Source of the DNA: Octopus vulgaris | Taxonomy: Eukaryota | Direction of reading: 5' to 3' | Assembly: GCA_951406725.2 (NCBI GenBank) | Contig: OX597826.1 | Span: 14,074,001-14,138,000 of the forward strand | DNA: 64,000 nucleotides | Part shown: piece after piece, positions 55,051 through 64,000 of the stretch | Layout of the letters: every line of letters begins with the position of its first letter | Numbering within the stretch: the stretch's first letter is position 1 | Translations under genes and position numbers: made by a program | The notes under the pieces: model-generated | The model's input: only the letters and a program-made list of their open reading frames with translations | Told to the model about the DNA's origin: nothing | Databases searched by the model: none

Positions 55051-55544
55051 CTTAAGTAATTCTTTGATATTAATGTTTCATTGCATAATCACAAAGACGC
55101 AAAGTTTCAGGGAAATTATAGCAGATAAAATGTACCCCGTATCAGAACTAGACTTTTAGATATTTGATCGATCCTGGAATTATAAATATAGATACGAACT
55201 TCTGAAGGCTTAAAACAGAGAAACTGAAATGAAGTAACTAATCATATTAATTATATAAATAATTATTTGTGTATTGATAACACCACAAATCATTTCATTC
55301 ATAACTCTAACGATTCTGCTTTGCACCACTCAAGTTATCATAATAACTTCTTGCATTATCATTTGTCCACAACAATCAAAATAAGATGGTTGATTTCCTG
55401 GACAGCAATTCTCGTTTATCGAAACAGTTGTGTATAACAAAGACGAAATTGAAAGGATTAGAAATCAGAATGTAAATGACTAAGTTACATATAGTAAAAG
55501 CTTTAGTTTAATGCTCTGTCGATTCTCTTATCTACTGGACAAAT

Positions 55545-55568
55545 GACAATAATAATGATAATAATAAC

Positions 55569-55603
<35 letters not shown>

Positions 55604-55644
55604 TAATAATAATGATAATAATAATGATAATAATAATGATAATA

Positions 55645-55680
<36 letters not shown>

Positions 55681-55719
55681 GTAATAGTAGTAGTAATAAT
55701 AATAATAATAATAATAATA

Positions 55720-55755
<36 letters not shown>

Positions 55756-55784
55756 GTAATAGTAGTAATAATAATAATAATAGC

Positions 55785-55824
<40 letters not shown>

Positions 55825-55914
55825 GTAATAGTAGTAATAATAATAGTAGTAATAATAATAGTAATAGTAATAGTAGTAATAATAATAATAATAATAATAG
55901 TAATAGTAATAGTA

Positions 55915-55951
<37 letters not shown>

Positions 55952-56016
55952 CAATAATAATAGTAATAGTAATAGTAATAATGATAATGATAATAATAAT
56001 AAAAATAATAATAACA

Positions 56017-56053
<37 letters not shown>

Positions 56054-56077
56054 TAATAATAATAATAATAATAATAA
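55545..56077. repeat. Long imperfect (AAT)n microsatellite, ~530 bp
   Basis: Direct reading; the source of the poly-I/Y/L ORFs. Confidence 0.98.
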
Positions 56078-56956
56078 AGTTCTCCTTTATATTCGCACGA
56101 AGTTATACAAACACGGGAGAAGCGATGACAGATTATATACATTTCAATGGAAATTACATTAAAAAAATACATGAAACATTCCAGGTTCTCGTTCATTTAC
56201 GAGAGAGAAACTGCTAGCTTGGGTGTTTTAGGGCAATCTGCGTTCCTAATAGCCAGTCGTTGTTCATTCTGGTCTAAATGTTGACCAAATGGTGCATGCT
56301 TAATACATTTCAGTTATGTGAAGGAGATGATAGGCCATATTTTCATGATAATTGTGCTACAGTTCGTTGTGATATATTTGTATAATAATTACGTTGAGAA
56401 GAGGTATTACTTGATAACATAAAACCAGTATAATTACTACCAGTATTCTTCTTATTATTAATACCACAAATAAGAAGACGGTAAGCTAGCAGAATTGTTA
56501 ACATGCCGGGAAAAATAGCGGCATTTCGTCAGTCTTTACGCTCTCAGTTAATATTCCACCGTTGTCTACATTTATTTTCATCGTTTAGCCTTCGATAAAT
56601 TAACCACCAGATATGCAGAGGGGTCGATGTCATCCAGTAAACCCCTACTTTCAAATGTTGGTGCCTTTACCTATAATAGTAAAGAGTATTACTTCTGTTA
56701 AATGTCCGAGAGAGCAGAATGGTTGCCATATCAGGCAAAATGATTAGTAATATCTATTCTTGCTCTTTATTTCCTGAGTTCAAATTCCGCTGAGGTCAGC
56801 TTTCTCTTTCATTCTTTCGGATTTTAGGTACTGCGATCATTGTGATTAACTTGCCCCTTGTGCAAAATTTTAAACAATTATTACGACTATTATTATTTCG
56901 GATTTACGCACACATCGAGGATTTTTGAGGGGAGGGTACTTAAGATTATATATTAA

Positions 56957-57192
56957 GGCGGCGAGCTGGCAGAATCGTTAGCATACCGGGTGAAATGCTT
57001 AGCGGTATTTCGTCGGCCGCTACGTTCTGAGTTCAAATTCCGCCGAGGTCGACTTTGCCTTTCATCCTTTCGGGGTCGATTAAATAAGTACAAGTTACGC
57101 ACTGGGGTCGATATAGTCGACTTAATACGTTTGTCTGTCCTTCTTTGTCCCCTCTGTGTTTAGCCCCTTGTAGGTAGTAAAGAAATAGGTAT
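56957..57192 (+). mobile_element. SINE family A (older diverged copies at 56480-56680 and 56710-56870)
   Basis: Full-length match to 3375. Confidence 0.9.
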
Positions 57193-57849
57193 TTACGATT
57201 ATATCGATCACAGTATTTGTGTGGTACCTCATTTTATCGAACTAAAAGAAAAAAGAAACCGGAAAACAAATTTAGCCGCGGCGAGATTTAAACTGAGAAT
57301 AAAATATGGAAAATAAACGGAATAAATGACGTAAGATATTTTGTCCGACACTAAATATTTTGTCAATAAAAGAGTTACAGCTTGTACCTCATTGACAAGT
57401 TTTACCTCAAAGATAAACTGAGCGAGGAGAATGTTTACGCAATAAAATACAGCATAAACGTTATACAAAGTAAATGATGAAAAGACAGAGTAGAGCCTCT
57501 TAAGGGAACCTCGCATTGTAAGCATGCTTAGTATGTCTTGTAAGATTGGGCAAACGAAAGAAAGTCAGTAACCAAAGAATGAGCTACGATTTGAAAAAAA
57601 TAATGCCAGTACAAATATAAAATTACCGAAGAGAATTAATTAAAAGAGGTATTACCATCTGTGCACAATGTAATAATAAAACAATAATAATGAATTAGCA
57701 AACTCAGAACAAGCATATATACGTATGTATGTACGTATGTATGTATGTATGTATGTATGTATGTATGTATGTATCCATCTATCTATCTATCAATCTATCT
57801 ATCTATCTAACCGCTCTATACGTCACTAGCGAACATAGTAAAATAAGGC

Positions 57850-58560
57850 CACTGAGTTGGCTAGCTATGAATGGAATTTGAAGGCTAACACCACGGCACA
57901 CACAGTCAAATAGAAAGTAATTGACAATTTCACACCATATTTCAACAAATCAAAAAAACTACAAGTTATGCATAGCTGAAAGATCACAGATCCTTTTCAC
58001 ATCTAACGACAATGCTGCGCTGCTAATTTCTAAATCTTAAAATTTCAGCGGTTGTAAATATATGAATAAATCCCTCGGAGAATTTGAAAATACCACATTC
58101 TCTGGTTTGAGCATTGATACCATAGATTCTAGTTCCCTATCCATTCCACCTTATTACAGCTTTACTGTCAAAGGGGACATAACTTTAATTTTCCCTTAAT
58201 TCCTTTCCTATTAGATATTAAACTCCAAACACGGCTAGCCAACTTAGTAGATTTGCTTTTGTCCGTATGTCGTATGGAGTTTGAAATCTAACCCAACACC
58301 TCATACAATAAAGTGAAAAATAATCGAGAAATCCACACCATATGTTAACAGATAAAAAAATTGTAAGCTGTGTGATCAGATCCTTTTAAGCTCTAAGATC
58401 TCTAACTCGCTGAACTCTAGATCTGAAATTTTTAGCAGTTGTAAGCATATGTCTAAGTTTCTGTTGAAGAATTGAGAAATTCTTCCTCCGATTAATAATT
58501 GTACCATAAACTCTTCACCACTAATTTCCCAGTCTTATGATTTACGGTCTAAGGAAGATA
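57850..58560. repeat. Old element with diverged direct repeats (~57910-58200 / 58315-58560) and a short inverted repeat
   Basis: Shared cacaccatat.t.aaca.at.aaaaaa, cagatcctttt and gttgtaa..atatg; ctgagttggctagc (57852) vs gctagccaacttag (58234). Confidence 0.55.
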
Positions 58561-58881
58561 AATGTTTTTCCCATTTTGCTTCTTTCTGATTAATTTTACG
58601 TTTTCCGACTTTTCAATCTTCCACTTTTTCTACATACACTCTTCTCGCCTTTTCTCGTTTCTTCTCATTCCATTTTTAATTCGTTTATGCCATGTGGATT
58701 GTGCCCGATGCCCGTGTAGAGACGTCAGACGTGTTATGAAACGTGTTTACCATGTTCTCAGAATATGGAACTAGTAGGGGGCACATAAAGACGTATTGTG
58801 TTTATTAGATAATATTTATCTCTCACCAAATGGAGTACTTTTTGTTGATCTTATCATCACGTTATATATATGTATATATAT

Positions 58882-58939
<58 letters not shown>

Positions 58940-59334
58940 GAGTAAGCACAAAAATGCCAAACAAGGAGGAATAAGATATTGCTCGAATACCGAGGGTAGA
59001 GTAATATGTTTTCTACTAATGACATTTTAAGCCTAGGAACTTCAATCTATGGGTTTTAAATTTACAAAAACTGACGTCTCCATTACAAACGTACTTATTT
59101 ACCATTCATTAATCGATTCTGGACATACATGACTCCTTTCTTAACACGTGTTTTTTTCGATATTGTACAGTACAGTATATATACATAATTTACTTTTTAA
59201 TTTATAAACACCCGACTGGCTTAACCGCTAACGAATTTACTGGGTCAAATACAAATGCCTATTCGTCAGATTGAATCACATTAAACTATATATGACATGC
59301 ACCATCACAATTTTCTTCCATTCTTGATCACAAC

Positions 59335-59370
59335 TGCCCGACGAAGGAAACCGTGAAATTCTAAGTAGCA
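59335..59370 (+). ncRNA. Degenerate hammerhead-like motif (U4C)
   Basis: ugc CCGACGA agg-aaa-ccgu GAAA uucuaag UA gca; short, imperfect stems. Confidence 0.4.
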
Positions 59371-59408
59371 TGTTATTTATGATCTTTCAGGTTTAATAAA
59401 ATGTACAC

Positions 59409-59448
<40 letters not shown>

Positions 59449-59456
<8 letters not shown>

Positions 59457-59970
59457 ATTAGGGCTTAGTAAAATAAATTACTTTGCCACATACTGAACTT
59501 TCTAGAAATAGCAGCCCAAAAAGTTTTTTAGCCATTTCCACTACTTAAAGAAAATTTCTCTCAGATAATGTTTACTCAAAATAAGAAGGGGAGAGTAGGA
59601 AATCTTCGCTTGCACATTTTGAATTTGTTGGTACTGGCAGTCTGAACGGGTCATCTGAGGTGATAAGTCGCCAAAAGGTATGTTCTTTCTTTTAGTGCTT
59701 CCAAATCCAAAATAAGAAATGTTGAGCTGACGAAAGAAATGCTGAGTATATTTGGCTAATCTAGAAACGTTAACGTTCTCAAACAATCTTTGTACTTGTG
59801 ATATTTTTCTGTTTTTACCTCCATACCTTCGTGAGTTATTTTGAGTAAACATTATCTGAGAGAAATTTTCTTTAAGTAGTGGAAATGGCTAAAAAACTTT
59901 TTGGCTGCTATTTCTAGAAAGTTCAGTATGAGGCAAAGTAATTTATTTTACTAAGCCCTAATTATATAAT
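59449..59970. mobile_element. Fold-back element (arms 59449-59584 / 59836-59970) next to (TA)n
   Basis: ~135 bp arms are near-perfect reverse complements. Confidence 0.9.
59721..59784 (+). ncRNA. Type-I hammerhead in the loop of the fold-back
   Basis: guugag CUGACGA aaga...ucua GAAA cguuaacg UU cucaaac; palindromic AACGUUAACGUU; weak stem II. Confidence 0.65.
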
Positions 59971-60063
59971 GTAACATTTTGAATTCGCCTTAAATGGTCC
60001 TTTTACATACTGAATACTTGGTGAAATTGATTAATAACTAATTAATTTTACCCTCAATTGTTG

Positions 60064-60095
<32 letters not shown>

Positions 60096-60116
60096 AAAAA
60101 CGGTAAGATTATTATC

Positions 60117-60310
60117 TGTAATTAATATGTGACCATTATTTAATAACCAAGATAAAATTCTGAGTTTCGGATGCCGAAGTGGAAATCCATAACATCATCT
60201 CGATTATCTGGCCAGATAACCGAAGAGATGGTGTTGTGGATTTCCACTTCAGCATCCGAAACTCACAGTTCTATTTTGGCTATTGAATAATGGTCATATA
60301 TTAATTTACA
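60117..60310. mobile_element. Spacerless palindrome of two head-to-head hammerhead-bearing pLTR fragments
   Basis: Centre ttatctggccagataa (60204-60219); right arm gccagauaa CCGAAGA gaug..cauc cGAAA cucacag UU; same family as 36585. Confidence 0.85.
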
Positions 60311-60318
60311 CACACACA

Positions 60319-60405
<87 letters not shown>

Positions 60406-61073
60406 GACGCGCCCACAAGGCTTTGGTTGGTCAGGGGCTATAATAGCAGATATTTAACAGAGTACCAAGCAATGCGACTGAACCTGGAACCACGTCGTTA
60501 GAATGGAAACTGCTTAACACACACACAAAGCCCACACCAATACAGAGATACTGTTACGTAAGAGATTCGAAACTGAGTGAACTTGCCGTTGGATTTCATT
60601 CCGAATATGTAAAGCAAACTGCTATTATTATTGTTTTTATTCTTTTTGTTGATATTGCATTGCTCATTCACTTCCTCCACATCATCATCATCAGCATCAG
60701 CAGCGGTATCATAATTATTAATTCTTTAATATTATTATCATGAGAACTGAAATCACCTACGCCGTAATAATAATTATTATATTCCAGTTTATTGTGTTCT
60801 TTACAGACATCCCATTTTTACTCAATATTGTTAGATGCTAATGAAGGAATGTTTAAGAAAGAGTATAAAATTACAACAAAAAAGAACCATAATACTAAAA
60901 ATAAAGAGAAATTAATAAACAGAAGAAACATGGAATATTTCATTTCTGCTTACCATATTTCTACTTTGATAGAACAGAAAAAGTGTATATAGAGCTAAAG
61001 CCGCAGGCGTTTTCATATACCATTACATTCAAAATATACGTATACAATAAATATCATTCCAAATCTCTCTCAG

Positions 61074-61110
<37 letters not shown>

Positions 61111-61155
61111 TTCTCAGCGTCATACACACTCATACATGCATACATCGTATATATG

Positions 61156-61226
<71 letters not shown>

Positions 61227-61351
61227 GTGTGTGTAATGCCTTTCTATATATGTTTTGTGAGCGTATATGTATAAATGAAAGCGTCTGACTTTGTGATATT
61301 TATTTTTGTCCATATTTGAAGATTGAGGCAAACGACAGTGATGCTGCTATT

Positions 61352-61593
<242 letters not shown>

Positions 61594-62903
61594 AATAGAC
61601 CATGTTTAGTAAATCTTAAAACTATAATATTTACAACTTTCTGTGAAAAAGTTTTCCTCGTTTTCTTTTCTGCTCTCTGAGTATTTGAAAAAATAAACAT
61701 CGTTTCCATTGCAAAAACACTACTGCATTCTCCAACTGGTCAGACAAACGAACATCTCAAGAAAACTTAAGAACTTTAATATATTAATTTTTGTGTGAAA
61801 CTTTGATTTTTCTTTTCCTCCTGACTACCCATATATGTAAAAATACCTTTTATTGCAACAACACAACTGAATACAGAAATTCAAAAATTTATCGACGTGG
61901 AGATTACTATATATATATATATAATTTTTCCTACCAGTAATTACAAATAGAATAGGGTGAATTGCTTCTTTTCAAAGCCAAGGTCAGCCTTCTTATTGGT
62001 CGCTAGTAATAGTAAACACATGTTTTGACCTCTGCTGACCCAAGGGGGGAGAATATTCTTTTGTCTTCTATTACTGACATCCTCACCATCTGTCGAATCA
62101 ATTTATAGACCTGTAGAATTTGATCTATTCACCAACCTGCTACACTTCCTCCAACTATTTCCTTCAACAACCACATATTTATAATTACCTCAAGTGCAAG
62201 ACAAACATATAAAATAACGAATATTTAATAAAATCTTTTAATAATAAATGTAAATAGTAATAATGATAATAACAATAGTAGTAGTGGTGATGGTGATAAT
62301 GATTATAGTAAAAATAATAATAATAATAATGATAATAATAATAATAATAATAATGATATACTGCAGCTGCTAATACTACAACTACTACTAATCTGATAGC
62401 ACAGAAATCTTAGGCCCAACTACCCTACTACCACTACGCCTCCTCTACTCCTTTTGCTATTGCTGCCACCACTGCTGCTACAACACGAGAGCAAAAGTAG
62501 CAATAATTAATATAAGAACATCAACAACACAGGAAGTAACTCAAATCCACCACCGTCTGGGAACCCGTGGTTAAAGAATATAGCCTAGCTAGCGACTAAA
62601 GTCAACAAAAATCTCTCTCTATATATGTATATATATATAGTAATTTGAGAAGAGAAATCGTATTGTAGGAAATTACCAGTTGCATTCTAATATCCATTTG
62701 AAATTTTTTGAGTTTTAAGTCTATCGGTGAAAGTATTTCCTTACTTGATCAATTCTATAAAGAAGCGCATTGAGTCACTTCAAATAAAAGCAGACAAACA
62801 TTCCAATAAAGCATATGAGACGGTATCTGTAAACAATACATATTGTTATATGCATAGATGCCATTATGTGTGCATGTTTCAAACATCTCTCCCTCTCTGT
62901 CTT

Positions 62904-62935
<32 letters not shown>

Positions 62936-63054
62936 GTTAATCCAAACAAGAAAACACAGAAAAAAAAGAGAGAAAAAAAAGAGAAAAAAACACAGCAACG
63001 CAGGACGTGGAACAATTAAAGTATTATTGACGCTCAGGAAAGAAGGGAAGGAGG

Positions 63055-63089
63055 GTTTAACGTTTCGAGCGGAGCTCTTCGTCGGAAAC
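63055..63089 (-). ncRNA. Minimal hammerhead, U4C variant of 5907-5941
   Basis: Minus strand guuu CCGACGA a gagc-ucc-gcuc GAAA cg UU aaac. Confidence 0.7.
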
Positions 63090-63159
63090 AAGGAGAAGGA
63101 AAGATCCCAAGGAGGGAAGACAGAGGAGACAATATTTGAGTTGGTGGTGCTTAAGAGAT

Positions 63160-63224
<65 letters not shown>

Positions 63225-63954
63225 ATATATGCATATACATACGCATACATACATATATGTATGTGTGTGTACGCTTGTATGTAGTGTGTCTATCTGCGTG
63301 TATTTCTGCGTGTGTGAGTGGTGTGTATTGACATAAAGAAGGGGAATTGGTCATTAAATTCAAGTAAATCCTCACTTGTCGTCTGCCTATATCCTCACGA
63401 TTATCAGACTATTAAGACAAGCAAGGCAGTTTAATAACCGTTGCAGAATTGATTGCAGCACCATGGTGACTAACACTAGTCGTATACTAAGTAGACAAAT
63501 AGCTACAAGCCTTCTCTAGCGCAGAGGCACGTACTGAAATCAACTCTTAAAACGTTGGACAAAAATTAGCTATCGCACCATCTAGAGGAATTAATTGATT
63601 GTAAAATGGATAAAGTACTCCACTTTATTTATTTGGTTCACATGCGCACAAAATGTCTCCCTCTTTCCCTCTGTATATATATATCTTTCAGGTGGGCGGG
63701 TGGGGTGTTTGCATGTAATTTATAAAAATTTATATAGGTTATATTTAACCGATGCAAAGTTAATTGCAAATAAACAAGTTTGTAGTTCCTTCGATTTTCA
63801 GTATTCAAAACGCAAAATTAGAGGTGGGAAAGGTATGCGAGGGATAGGGTTGGTAGCATACTTTTAAAAATTTGTTAATTCATTTCTCACACCAAAATGA
63901 AAATAGACACCAATCAATATGTGGATTCGACTTAAAAATTTCGGGATTCCTCTT

Positions 63955-64000
<46 letters not shown>

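Noticed and set aside
55528-56217. Long poly-Y/poly-L/poly-I ORFs (also the YI-, HT-, D- and M-repeat ORFs elsewhere)
   Set aside because: Translations of microsatellites with no coding signal
59541-59852. ORF containing TKRKNIPFG, resembling the PLE RT thumb motif
   Set aside because: Isolated motif, antisense to the ribozyme, with no flanking RT similarity

Overview
AT-rich, microsatellite-dense eukaryotic DNA, most likely an octopus genome (inferred from the SINE families and repeat landscape). I found no intact protein-coding gene, and most ORF-track entries are translations of simple repeats. The window holds many tRNA-derived SINEs; decayed Penelope-like elements (PLEs; RT plus GIY-YIG); a mariner; Helitron, Dong/R4 and CR1-like fragments; MITEs; and scattered minus-strand remnants of a large cadherin-repeat gene. 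The main observation is about ten type-I hammerhead ribozyme (HHR) motifs from at least seven different repeat families. Most lie in or between inverted (fold-back) repeats next to (TA)n tracts. The catalytic-core 3-8 pair occurs in three Watson-Crick forms (C-G, U-A, G-C), and a U4C variant recurs three times. All structures and translations were read by eye; nothing was computed or searched.
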